Below are positions 38,242 to 50,912 of a DNA stretch of 64,000 bases, piece after piece. A program made the position numbers and the translations under genes. The notes under the pieces are model-generated. The model was not told where the DNA came from. It worked only from the letters and a program-made list of their open reading frames with translations, and searched no databases. The number at the start of each line of letters is the position of its first letter. The first letter of the stretch is position 1. This stretch comes from Amphiscolops sp. MND2022 (Eukaryota). The stretch covers positions 12,836,001-12,900,000 of the forward strand of contig OZ076409.1 of assembly GCA_964187785.1 (NCBI GenBank), written 5' to 3'.

Positions 38242-40629
38242 TGTTACGAATTACGCTATGATTTTCGTTTTGGGTAGAATTAATTCACACTGTTTTCGTC
38301 GGAGTATAGAAGCTTCTTGTTTCATTTTCTAGTTCTTCCGATACATGGTCTTTTACATTTTCTCTCGTTTCAGATCTCAAGAGTTTCAACATTTCCTTTT
38401 GGGACTCGAGCAAAAGAGTCTTAATCTCAGACGTTATCTCTTCCTTCAGAGAGGACCTTATGCTTTCCAAGAAACTATTTTCTACTCTGGGGACTTAGAC
38501 CTCGAAGGACCTGCTAATTCTACGTTTTGATCTAAAGGATGAGAATTTTCTGTGTTTATTGGCGAAACAAAGCCTTCACTTACATTATCATCAACTTCTC
38601 GCTGGATATTCTTTCTCTTTTGGCTTCGTGTTGTAGACATGTTGTTGAAGAAAGATTTATTCTTGAAGAATTCAATTTTTTCTTTCTGATTTTCAACAAA
38701 GTTAGAAGAATGAGAATAGTTTGAGAACAACAAGTTTGGGACAACTAGGTTGTAGCACTGGTAAAAGACTGAGTCCCTTCGAAAAGTTTGCACTTCCTAT
38801 ATATACCCTCCTAGCATCATCTGATCACGTACATATTTCCAAATTTTTTAAAATATTAGTCATTTCCTGTTTTTTCGGTGAAAAAATCATCAAAATCCCA
38901 AAAGTGCGTCGACATTTCGTCAGTTTTTAAGACACGGCAATTTTAATTTAGCGTTAGTCATCAAACATGATCATATCATTTCATCCGGGCGTCCTTTTGC
39001 TTCCTCCCAAGCAGGAAGTAGATATTACTTCAGTCTGTCAAATCGGAAATGCTTCCCTGTTTTACTGCTTTGGTTCGCGGGAAATTGACGCTAAGATGAC
39101 GCTGACGTGAACAACAAATACCTGATTTTGAAATTCAACTTGATCAAATGCTATGACTAATTCCAAAGTGTGATTATTTGAACGATGCTAAGATGATATT
39201 TTATGAATTTGGACTCACTCTTTCGCTGAAATTAGAATTAAGAATCATGGTATCAAAATAATACTCCATTAGCAAATTTATCATGTCGCGACAAGTGCGA
39301 CAAGTTTTACAAAATTAACAGCAACGTTTGTTAAGTAGCAACGATAATGCAATGCATTTAATGGATAGCAACGATGAATTAGTATGGAAAATATGATTAC
39401 GATCATAAGTATAGCGTTCAATATCAGATGGTACAAAATGCCAAGTATATGAAAATACATTTTCAATACAAAATATACTTTAGTTGAAAGTATAAACTGT
39501 GACTTTCTGATCATTTTACTATGAACTCCCATAGAGGAAAAAATGGGTTGAGTAAGGGAAATCCCTTGTTGTTGAGAAGTGCAAGACGATTAGTTAACGT
39601 AGATTTAAATCAACCTATATGTGTCAAAATCTACCTTAAGTTATTACCTTAAGTTATAGGAATACCTCCTCTATGCTTATCTTACGAATTGAGATAGCTA
39701 GCATGCATTCCCTTTTAACATAATAACGACTTTATTGCGATGAAACCTTGACTGATCTTGCAAATTTATCCATTTTGTTCAATTTCATAAACTTGGCAGC
39801 GTCATGTTGACGAGTTTTCTTGACAGAACTTTGAGCTTTATAAACTTGTCAACGTCATGTTGACGAGTTTTCTTGGCAGAATAGAGATTTGACTAGTTTG
39901 ACGCAATGCTGACGAGTATTTTAGAAATGAGTCTCTCGCTAGCTGCCGGAGCAGTGACGTCACAGTGGCGGTAAATTGGAATGATTTTTGGTAATGCTAT
40001 TAGTATAGGCGGATAATTGGAATGATTTTCTGGTACGCTTATGCGAGGCAGTGACGTCAATTGGTATACCTTCAAACTTGTCTGCGTCTTACTGACGACA
40101 AATATACATATATTCTTATTTTTTCCGCTGCTTTGTTTGCTCAGCGCAATATTGACGTCCTAAACCACACTAATTGCTGTTCAAAGAGTAATTAAGCTGC
40201 CTTTCTTAGAAAAGGCTTAGTTTCTTCGGCGTGCCATCTCAGTGTATTTTCTATTTTAGATCTGATTGATGTTTTTTAGGGGAATGATTTCGACTACGTT
40301 TTTGTTTAGATTAGGCTATGATTTCTTTGTTTTAGAACGTAATTTAATTTAGCTTTCAGGTGGCGAATGTTGCTATTTTGACGTGACAAAAACGTTTCAA
40401 CCGGAAATGTAAGAATCATTTCAAAGCGCTCATTCATTGTAACTAGTTTCATTTGAAATTTCCGTTGATCAGACGTTCAATTTGTTTTTTGTTTTCCTAG
40501 TCACAGTTTATTTGTTAGTTTTAATAGTTAAAGTAAGTTTTTTCGAACCTCGCGGTGCAGCTGGGGCCTCTCCCGAAGCCAATTCTTAAACATCCACAGC
40601 ACAGCCCAGTCCGGGAGCTGACTGTGACA
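38242..40629 (-). repeat. 3' LTR of element C (2388 bp)
   Basis: Direct repeat of 51952-54327. Confidence 0.97.
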
Positions 40630-41272
40630 GGGCCACTGTCATAGGTTTTATCGTCCTCCCAGGGAACCTCGGCTGGTAGAAAGGGTATTGCAGCTCGTAG
40701 ACATTAGGGTCAATTGCTTGGTTCCTGGATGGGGGCATTATCGCCGGGCCTCTTTCTTTATCTAGATCGTTTAGCGATTCTTTCTTCTGTTCTCCCCAAA
40801 CTTTCAGAGGTCCGCGGGGGGATTCAAAATAGGAACATGCATCATCCTCCGTTGCCTGTCTTATGAATTCAGCGACTTTACTGCTAGTCATGGAGGACAT
40901 TTCTTCTTCACAAGGTTTCTCTACTACGAACACGTCTGAGTTCAGCGAGGGATCAGGGCTTTCTGGCGAGTCCGCAATTTCTTCTTCGTTTTCCGACTGA
41001 GGGTACTGTCCCGATTCAACTGTTTCAAAACTCGTGTAAGATTCACTGAGCTTCATCCTCTTACACTCGGTTTCCAGTGAATTTAAGGAGAGGTCTAGAA
41101 ATTCTTCTTCATCTGCTGTGGCTTCCGCTGACGAGTTTAATATTTCCACTATCAGTTTTGGGTATTTCTTGTTATTTTCTGGCAGTGGGGTAGAGGATCT
41201 TGTGATTTCTCCTTCTTCTTCACTCGACGATGAAATGTCAATTAGTTCATATATGTCCATTAAATTGCTCAT
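40586..41272 (-). CDS. Element C acidic Ser/Glu-rich accessory ORF (228 aa from ATG 41272), ending inside the 3' LTR
   Basis: Uninterrupted ORF; ELIDISSSSEEE motif; low complexity. Confidence 0.65.
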   Translation of the reverse strand: MSNLMDIYELIDISSSSEEEGEITRSSTPLPENNKKYPKLIVEILNSSAEATADEEEFLDLSLNSLETECKRMKLSESYTSFETVESGQYPQSENEEEIADSPESPDPSLNSDVFVVEKPCEEEMSSMTSSKVAEFIRQATEDDACSYFESPRGPLKVWGEQKKESLNDLDKERGPAIMPPSRNQAIDPNVYELQYPFYQPRFPGRTIKPMTVALSQSAPGLGCAVDV

Positions 41273-41379
41273 CTTCTTTATTTGGCTTTTCTTCGACTGT
41301 TGACCGTATTTTAATTGTTCCACAATGAATTTCAGCTTTAATTTGGATTAAGGAGAATATTGGAAAATTCCCTCCATTC

Positions 41380-41700
41380 TGATTGGCTGTTCAAATATTT
41401 TAATCTTTTTAATCTTCAGATGTTGACGTTATGTCGACATTGCATTTTTATTGGCTGTAAATTGAAATAACTTAGTTAGCAAAACTTGTCAACGTTATGC
41501 TGACGTCATTTTGTTAGCTTGGCTAACTTTTTGATTTTGTCACCGTTTTGATGACGTCATTTTAGGTAATAGGATTAATTTCTTAACCCTGATAACCTTT
41601 TTGTTGACGTTATGCCGACGTCAATGTCGTTGGTAATTAGCCAACTTTCATTTTTGTCACCGTTATGGTGACGTCAGTTTGGTTGTTGTTTTCATCATTT
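41380..41700. promoter_or_regulatory. Candidate internal bidirectional promoter of element C
   Basis: Lies between two divergent ORFs; ATTGG (CCAAT) boxes near 41382 and 41450; TGACGTCA at 41501, 41552 and 41669; repeated GTCAMC-N5-GNTGAC palindromes. Confidence 0.55.
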
Positions 41701-41725
41701 CTCTTTTCCAGATTGCCTTTGAAAG

Positions 41726-44700
41726 ATGTCTTCCTCGCGCCGTGTTTCTGGTTTCCAGAGCGGTCACGATACCCAATTCGTCTTCTCGGAAGGAGAAGTT
41801 CGAGACAGTGAAGCCGATGCCCCTGCTTTGCAGCTTGCTGCTGGTGAGTTTTCATCCCTCCATCCATTAAGCTTTTGTGAATAATATTCTCTACAGATAG
41901 GCTTTTTCTGTTTTATATTTTCACAGCTTAGATTTTCTGACGCGTCGTTATGGGATGTTTCTTTGTTGTTAGATCCAACGTTCTCTTCTCCTTTGGCTGG
42001 GGCTTCTGTCTCCCATCTCGAAACCTCCCTTCCTGCTGATCTTTCTGGAATTTCAATTGAACCCATTGCTGAGTCTACTCATCGCGTTGGCGATTCTTCT
42101 GTCACTGTTGGCGCTGCAAATGCTCCCAATCCATCTCCAGCTTGTTCTGATTCAGATGTTCCTCTGGCTGCTGTTGCTAGAAGTGTTAATCCTTCTGGGA
42201 CAGTTGCCACTCGCGGAGGTGAGGGGTCTCCCCCTACCCAAGAGAATGTTGTCGGGAGTCAGAAAACTGTTTCGCCTCGGTTTTCATCCTTCTTGCACAA
42301 ATTGCAGACGACGGACGATGATGATGATCGCCTCACGGGGTCTAAGCATGGTGAGTTGATTCGATTATGTATGCACTTGACTGTATGGGTCTTTGTGGTT
42401 GGGGGGTTTTTTTGTTGTTGTTGGGTGTTGGAGTTGTATTTGCTGTTTTAGTGCGGTTGGTGGTTCCTGACAAGGGTGGTTCCGGAGTTCAGTCGACGTC
42501 AAGGTAATGTGTTTCACTGGTACCTGTTGTTGCCCCTCCAGTCGTTCGTTTCTCCTTCGCTGACAGTGGGGAGGAGGATGCAGAACCTGGCTCATCGCAA
42601 CGAGTGAGCAATCAGCGTCCATCGATGGATGTTGATAACGTGTCAGTGGACCCCTTTGTTGCCCGTAAGTGAAAACCATTGTGTTTGGTGTTTGTCTTGG
42701 GATTTGCATATGAGATAGATAGGTCTTTCTTTTCGTTTTGAGAATCAGTTGCTTGTTTTTCGGTTGTTCTCCTTTTTGCCTTGTCATTCTTTAAAATAGT
42801 TAGGGATAGTCATGTTATGTTGGTGAATTTATTGTAGGTTTTGAAGAGCTGCTCAGTCGTATGGAGTCGACTCTCGAGGTCGCTGAGCGGGGTCGCAAGC
42901 GCGTTTATAGTCCTCGCAATCGTCTTCGTCGGGATATGGTTACTGGGAATCCTAAATACGAGCTCTTCGTCAGTGGTTCCAGTACTGGTTCCGACAAGCT
43001 GTTCCATTGCATGATATGTCAACGAGACGTTTCAATGGAATCGCGGGGTGCCGCCGAGTTCAGCAGGCATTTCTTCGGGAAACGACATTGGCAGCTTGAT
43101 GTTACGTATCGAGTTCAGAACGGTTTGCCAGTGTATAATCGCCTGATGGACCCGATGACTTTGAGTGAGGTAGAATTGGAGGAATATCGTAGTCGGCCCA
43201 GCAAGGGGAAAAACGAGGGTTTCAGTTTTCCTGAAGACCTGCTTCCTGCCTGTGCCCAAATAAACTCAAGTGTGCCCTTGATGTCGATGATTAACTGCCT
43301 CATTGAGTTGTTGCGATTTGGAGGAAGCTACCTTCTGTTGCGGAAGTTGTGGGGGTGCTTTCGAGCGACACTTGGGCCTGACAGTCCCTTATACAACCTA
43401 TATTGGAGTCGTCCTGAGTCTCTGGTGAGTACTGCATTTCTTCGTCTTTTAGTGTGTTGAACATTCAGGTTATGAGTGGGAAGTTTGGAAGTTTGATTGT
43501 CGTTTTTGGGTATTTGTGTTGGACGTGTGGTGAACGTCGGGTGTTGTATTTTAGTTGTTGATTTTCCAAGCTCTGTTTCCGCGTGTGTTACGTTCCCTGA
43601 TGTCCCGGATCGCCGCTTTTCGGGAATACAGCATGTTCTTCATCGAGAGTGGTGAAGATCATAATTGCCTCGTCCAAACCTGGGATGATCATACGTTAAT
43701 GAGTGTCTGTGTGCGAGTCGAATCAGTGGGGCAGCGTGTTCCTGAGGCTGAGTTGGCCGGATTGTCACGTGTCATTGACGGTACTTCCTCTTGTCAGATG
43801 CCCTTGTGCTGTCAGGGGTGTAGTCCGACGCTGTTGCGTATGCTGAGTGACAATCGAGTGGACGGACGTGAGTTCGTCGTGTACCGTGAGTTCAGTGAAG
43901 GAGGTGTTCTTGCACTGTTATGAGCTGGCCCATCAGGAAGTGTTTGGTGGTTTGGACACTACTGCCATGATTGACTTCCTCATGCTCCGATTACGTGGGG
44001 CTGTGCAAGAGCCGTGGTGCGAAGGTGTACCTTGTCTTCGCCGATGCATTGTCGCTGGACGTGTTGCGTTCGCAGACTTGCGTGATGTCGTCACTGATTT
44101 GATTGCTGTTTGGGCATCTGTGCAGGATTTCGTCAAACATACTGTCCCTCGTCATTTTAAAACCGGAGCTGGCAGGGTAATTCATATTTGTTTGATTTTC
44201 TTTTGTTGTTTTGTTGTTTTCCTTCTCTCTCTCTCTCTCTTTTGTGTTGTCATCGTTTGTGTTGCTAAGTTGATATATGATGAATTGCATTCTTATTTGC
44301 AGATGTGTGGCACTGACTGGCATATCTATTCGGAGATTACGAGTGAGTTGCGACTTGGACTTCTCCTGCACGTCCTCGATCTTTGTGAGTACAGTTTCTT
44401 GATATTTGGACTTTACCGGCAGAGTGTAGTTGTATGTTGTTTATTGGGTGGTAGTGTTAAAGGAATCCGTCAGTCTTGTGTCAGGTATGATTTAGGTATT
44501 GTGTTTTAGATCATTGCACCTTTAAGAAACAGTTGTCGTGTCGAGCTGACTACGCCTTTCATGCCAATGTGGAAATTTGTCAGTTCGTGCACTGCCCGTT
44601 ATCACGTAGTCGCAAGATTGGTTCTCTTCCAAGTTTGAATTCGTCGGAGGAGTACATGGACCCGCAGAAGCTTGATGGTTTTGAGTGAATTGATTCCGTC

Positions 44701-45759
44701 GATTTCCTCAGAAGCCATGACTTTGGTGCTGTTCTGCGACGTCACAAGGGTGGTGAGGGCCGTGCGTTTCGGGATCAGTGCCTCAAATTCGTCGATCGCT
44801 TTGTTTGTGTCATACTGCGACAGCAGCCTGTGACAGGAGATTTCTCTCAAGGAGTTTATGCATTTTGCCCTGAGCTTTTGTTGGAGGGAGACGACCATCA
44901 CATGACGGACTTGTTTCGTAAGCTTGTCCGAGTATTGGAGCGGTGTGGTGTTGTGTCGTCGTTGGAATCAAAGTCTGCTGTGGAAGAGTACGCTTCGTTT
45001 GTTGTTGTTGTGGATGCTCGGGCACGACACGCTGGTTCCAACAGCTGTGCCGAGGCTATCGACGACGTTCGTCAGTATTTGCTGGACGATTACGGATTCT
45101 TAGCTCGCAAGTCGTTGTGTCGGGTGTTCAAGTTGTGCTGCCTTGTCGTCCTGAAGCCACGGGTTGACTTCCCTGCAGTTGACATTGGCCTCAGTGATTG
45201 TAGAGTGCCTGAACGTGTGGTTGCAACGTGTATTCGAGGAGTGCAGAGCAGCGTTATGTCTCCCGGGTTTAAGCTGGGATCATTTTTTACAAAGTTCACT
45301 ATGGGCGAGGTTCGCAAATCAATCGCTGCTGCTAGTTCCTTCATGACTGCTGCTGATTTCAATCCGTGGGAAGGTATATGTGGTGAGAATCAATCTGCCT
45401 TTGTTGACCGTTATAGAGATGTGTTCAAGAAACAGGTCAGTCGCAAGAGAGGTGGTGTCATTGGGCAGTCCCTTGGTGTGGGAACATCTAGTCGTGATGC
45501 TGCGGCTGTTGATGGCGAAGGGTGTTTTTCTCAGTGTGAGAGTCTGACTGCTTCCACCGTTTCTGCCCCAGCTGATTCTGCCACTAGTACTTGTAGTCTG
45601 TTTGGTTTGAGTAAGGTGCAAGTACATCAGAGCATAGCTTCCTTACTTGGTCGAAAGAGAGATGCTGAAGAGGTTGGTGAGTCATCGTCAAAGAAGGATA
45701 AGAAAAGGTCTAGACAGTCAGTTGTTAAAGATGATGAGTCCCGTTCGAAGAAAAAGTGA
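41726..45759 (+). pseudogene. Antisense 7-exon cargo gene of element C (~1,080 aa), zinc-finger protein resembling an inactive hAT transposase
   Basis: Exons 41726-41843, 41973-42350, 42452-42664, 42838-43424, 43555-44176, 44303-44384, 44510-45759; all six introns GT-AG and phase-matched. Lesions: TAA 42505, frameshift ~43900, TGA 44686. Confidence 0.82.
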
Positions 45760-45962
45760 GCTTTGTCGTCTTGGATTTCCAAACTTTTGTAGCGTAGTTT
45801 ATATTATTTATTTGTTTCTGTATTTGTATAGTGGACTGTGTATATTATTAGAAGAAAACCGGACGTATAGAGTTCGGCTGGAGTCATTCACTTTGTAGTA
45901 TGTCTATAATTGAAAATCGTCAAATCGGTTCGATTTGGACTCCAGATATTATCTTTTCCTTC

Positions 45963-48900
45963 TTAGAGAGTCGTAGTTATAGCGTCGAGTCGTCTGAAAT
46001 CAGGGTTAGCGTTAGGTTTAGGATTAGGTCTCAAATTGTACTTTGCTGTTTTTCGCGGGTTATATCCGACAACTGTAGGCGGTGATCTTGGGGGAATAGG
46101 TGGACTTTCAAGGGGTGGGGGGCGGCGTATGTATGGGTTATCCCCCACGTCTGTAGTAAGATTTGAAAAATCCGGAGACGGTGGCGCCTCGTCATTTATG
46201 TCATCGGTTTGGTTTCTTGGCATTTGAGACGTCGTGGCTTCGTCATTCGTATTTGTCACTTCTTGTATTTTTGCGTGTTGGTTGTTTTCTGTACTTTTTC
46301 ATGTTTTGTGTTCATCAATCTGTTTTCCGAAATCCATTTCCCACGATACCGCGTACCACTCGTTGTGTGACACTTTGACGTCTGGATCGGGAAGATATTC
46401 GTTTGCTCGTACTGTGACGTCAGGCACGCGTTGCTCTGGCACGTAAGGTCGTGTGCGAATTCTGTGTAATGTTTGTGTATATCGTGTGCCAATTTTTTGT
46501 ATCGTGTAATTATTATTTGAGAGCACTTCGATTACTATGTACGGTCCCGTCCAGATACAATCTTGAAACGCAAACTTTGTCGATTGATTGTCGGCTTTCG
46601 GATTGAGGATGTAGCAATAATCATTTAGTTTGAGCGGAGCTGCCGACGCTTTACGGTCATAATACTTTTTGTATTTGAGGTAAGACAGCATGATGTTGTC
46701 TTTCGCTGTCGCTCGCACTTCATCGATTTGTTGTTGTAGCTGCTCTGTTATATCTGAATTTGGCGTAGTTTTCCACTTTGGCTTGATGCCTAGTTTTAAA
46801 TCGAGGACGCTGTAGGGTATACGTCCGTGGAATACTGTAGATGGTTCGCAGCCTAGGGTTTCATGATACGTTGTATTATAGTTCATGACTGCGATCTGAA
46901 CGTATTTGTGCCACATTGATCGTCTTTCACCCGTCGATATTTTTAGTGCAGTTTTGATTGAAGCGTGTGTCCTTTCTAGGATGCCAATCGTTTGTGCATG
47001 TTTCGTGGATGCATGGCTAATTTGGATTTCGAGTATGTGCATTATTTCTGCGACGACTTCTGATCTGAATTGAGAGCCTTTATCTGACAAAATTAAAGTT
47101 GGCAGATATGCGTGTCTGGTCATGACGTCGACAATGCATCGTCCAATTGCTGTGACGTTCTGTGTTGGGTATGCGAATAGATATGGGTATGCGAATAGAT
47201 AGCGTGAAAATACATCAATCATCGTAACAATGTTTTGGTATCCTGCAGATTTGGGTAGATTCGGTAATATGTCAATCTCGAGAATGTCTTCCGGGCCCAG
47301 GACATGTTCTGTGTTGTTGATCATCTTTGGTCTGATTTGGCTGTTGCTGATTCGTTTGTATTTGATGCAGTCTTCACATTGCATTACCCATTGTCTAATT
47401 CTTTTTGCTAAGCTAGGGTAGTAATACTTTGATCGACATTCTTGGATCCTTTTTGTGATCCCTGGGTGTTTTCCCATTTGTCCATGGATTGCTTTCAGGA
47501 GTTCTGTAATCAAATGCTCAGGGATTAGTATTTGGTTGTGTGTGACTTGACCGCATTCTCCGTAGTATTTGCGCATTAGTACTCCATCTTTGACTATGAG
47601 TCTGTTTTCGTGGACTAAGAGGCGTTTGGCTTTCGGATCTGTTTGTAGTAGGTGTTTGTCGTATTCTTCGCAGATCAGTTTTCTCTTGATTGCTTTGAAA
47701 ACTAAGTCTGCGTCTTGTTCAACTCTAATGCGTGCGTCTTCCTTGATTGCCCCAAAGGTGTATGATGCCTTGTTTTTTGGGATTGGAGTTGTTTCTTTTA
47801 TTGACAGCTTTATTTTCGTCGTCTTCTCATCTCGTGCATTTTGTATTGCTTGTTCCGTTTGTAGAAGAATTTCCTCTTCTGTTTCAATCGTTTCCTCTGG
47901 GAGAAAAAAGAGTTGTTCTTCATCTGCGACGTCTGTCGATTGAAGGTTTACCTGTATTGGTTGGATCGTAATATCGTTTCGGATTTTTAGTTCAACTTTT
48001 TCCTTGGGGTTAAGGTCAATTCGCGACAAGAAGTCGGCAGCAGTGTTTTGCGTTCCTGCTACGTGCATGATGTGAAAATTGAACTGTAGTACGTAGTCAC
48101 ATGCGTTCCATAGTGTGGGGGGAATTGCTTTTGTTTGAAAAAACCTGGTTACTGATCTATTGTCGGTCATTATGAGGGTTGGTAGGGTTGTTTCCCACAA
48201 TATGTGGCTATATTCTAAAAATGCGTGGTAGATTGCCAGAAATTCTTTGCACTAAATTGACATCTTCAGTTGCGCAGGTGAAAATACTTTTGATCCAAAT
48301 GCAACAGGCGCAAAAGTTTTCTTTTTGGAGTTGAGTTTTTTGTCGTTTTCTTCTTCGATCATTAGCGCATAACCTGAGGCGCGAAAACTAGCATCCGTCA
48401 TTAGGACGTATTGTCGTCCTGTGATTGGTTGTTTGAGGGCTAGTCCACATGCTTCCGCTAGTGCTGCGTTGATCGCTTTGTAGTGATCTAGCAGTTCTTC
48501 TGTGACTTTGATTTGTTTGTCAGCTTTCAGTAGTTCGTAGAAACCAAGTAGCTTTTCTGACAACCGCGGGATATAGTTGCGGTAGTAGTTGACAAAGCCT
48601 ATGTATCTCTGTACTTGTTGCTTTGATTTCGGGAATCGTACATTTGCTAAGAATTTCTGGATTTTGTGGTCTTGGGGGCGATTCCTTGTGGGGTGATCGT
48701 TCTTCCAAGGAATTCGACCTCGGTTACTCCAAAATGGCATTTGTCGATGGATAGTTTGAGTCCTGCTTGTCTAATGCACTCGAAGACAGCTCGGATGTTT
48801 CGTATCAGTTGCGTCACGGAGTTAGCGGCTATTCCAATGTCGTCCACATACTGCGCGCATTGGTCAGCCTTGATTACTTTGTCCAAATATTCTCTCATGA

Positions 48901-50912
48901 AACTAGAGAATGCTGACAATGCTCTGCTCAGTCCTTGTGCCAGGCGTTTATATGCAAACGTTCTGCTTGCGAAGTTGAATGCCAGCATTTCGATTGATCT
49001 CTGGTCAGCCATTTGCAGACAGTGATATGCTTGAGAGCAATCTAATTTACAGAATAACCTTTTCCCAGCTAGGTGTTGAGCTGCGTCTGACAGGGTGCTG
49101 ACTGGGTGGTTGTTGTTGATGTAATCGTCCGATATCAGTGCGTTGATTTTTCGCAGGTCGACCAGTAAACGTAGTTTACCGTTTGGTTTGCGTTGTGCGA
49201 AAATCGGGCTGGCATATTTTGAAAATGGTAATGTCGTGATTATACCATACCTATGCATTAGTGCCAAGTTCGACTGTTAGGTCTTCCTTGAGGTTGATTG
49301 GCACTGGCAGGCTCTGTGTGTATATGGGTCGTTCGTCTTTTGGCGTCAGTTTCACTTTGAAGCTATTATTGATACCATGGTCGAGTCTGTGACGCACAAA
49401 GATGTCGCTGTATTCAACTATCGTTTGCTCCAGCTGTTTCTTGTCGTTTCCCTCAATCTGTGATCCTTCCCAGTTGAACATGTCAAGGAAGTCTTTCCTT
49501 GATTCTGGATCTTTGGTGGGATCAAGTTGTTCTTTTTTTATGAATTCTCTGATTTCTTTTAATATTCGCCTTTGTATTGGCGTGTGTTCATCTTCATTTC
49601 CCGGGTTTTCGGGTGTTGGGAACCAGAGGTTTTCGTCATTTTGTTCATTGTTTGTGGATTTCATGAGCTCATTTACATACATGAGGGTGTCATCTGGATC
49701 TTGTAAGGTGGTCAGCGTTGCGACGTCTACAGGTCGTATTTGTTTGGTGTCCTCTGGCCTCAGGATTTGTAATTCTGCCAATTTGGTGTGGTTTTTTATG
49801 GTGTGCGGGAAATCTGTCAACTTGGCTATTCGGAGGTTGATTCGTTTGTTGTGAGCTGTGGCTAGTGCTGGTGCAACGATGATGGTGGCTGTTTCATCAA
49901 ACTGTGGTAGCGGTTGTACTGCCCCTGTGATGTCGATTGCATTGGTGGTTATGACTATTGCATTAACGGTTGTTGTTTGTTGTGGCGGCAACGTCTGGTG
50001 CCCTTCAGCCATGATTTGGAGCGGTTTGGGGTTACGGTTTTTCTTTTCATCTGTCATGGCTAATGTCATTTCGACATGGGGGAAGGTGATGGTTCCATTG
50101 GCTGTATCTATCACTGCTTGGTGGTTTCTCATGAAGTTCAGTCCGATTATGGGGAATGACGTCTTTGATAGTATGACAAAGGTGTCGGTGAACGTGTATG
50201 TTCCGATATTGAATTGAATGTCTGCAGTGGCAATTGGTTGCTCTAGTTGTGCGTTCGCACATTCGATCTTGAAAGGGGGTTGTGGATACTCCTTTATGAC
50301 ACAATTATCGCTGTTCATTTTGATGGCGTTGTAATCGGACCATGACATGGCATTGATGAACCCTCCTGAGTCGACAAGGCCGTCCATTGTTAATTCGCCA
50401 AATTCCAGTGGCAAGTAAAGCATTCGTCTTCTGTTCTTGAGGACTATTGTTGAGTGGAGTGGTATATAAGTGTTACCGTCTTTTTCAGTTACATATTCTT
50501 TATTTGAGTTGAGGAAGGTGGGGAAGTTTTCGTGGAAGATAGGTGACCCGGTGGAGTCGTGTTTATCTTTCTCGGACATTTGCGACGAAGTGCAGGCGTC
50601 GTGGACGTTTTCAACTGGGTTTCCTTGGGTCTGAGCAGCGGGTTCTTTAGTGGTGATGATTGGTTGAGAGGATGTTTTTTGGTGATGTTGGCAATCGTTT
50701 CTGTAATCCTGATTGTTTGGAGGTGTTACCTTTTGATCCTCTTGTGGCGGGCGTCGTTTCATAGATGCGATTGCTTGTTGTCTCAGCCATGCTTCTGATG
50801 GGGTGCCTGAGCACTCTACAGTCGTGTCGTTGGTATACGTTGTTGGGGGTTCTTGTGGAGAATATGCCCTCGCGTCTACTGTTTCCCCAAAGCGCAGGCG
50901 CGGCGTAATTAG
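45963..50912 (-). pseudogene. pol: Element C pol (PR-RT-RH-IN), disrupted by frameshifts (~49262, ~48672, ~46300) and a stop (48252)
   Basis: LVDSG protease; YASPIF..RK..GKLRLLVDLR and YVDD RT; TDAS RNase H; H..GKHPG...CEDC, DIL/SDKG/ERTH integrase; WTGPY. Confidence 0.95.

Noticed and set aside
42504..42541. 38-bp intron removing the TAA at 42505
   Set aside because: Splicing here shifts the frame into a stop, whereas the unspliced frame is otherwise open, so a nonsense mutation is the better explanation.
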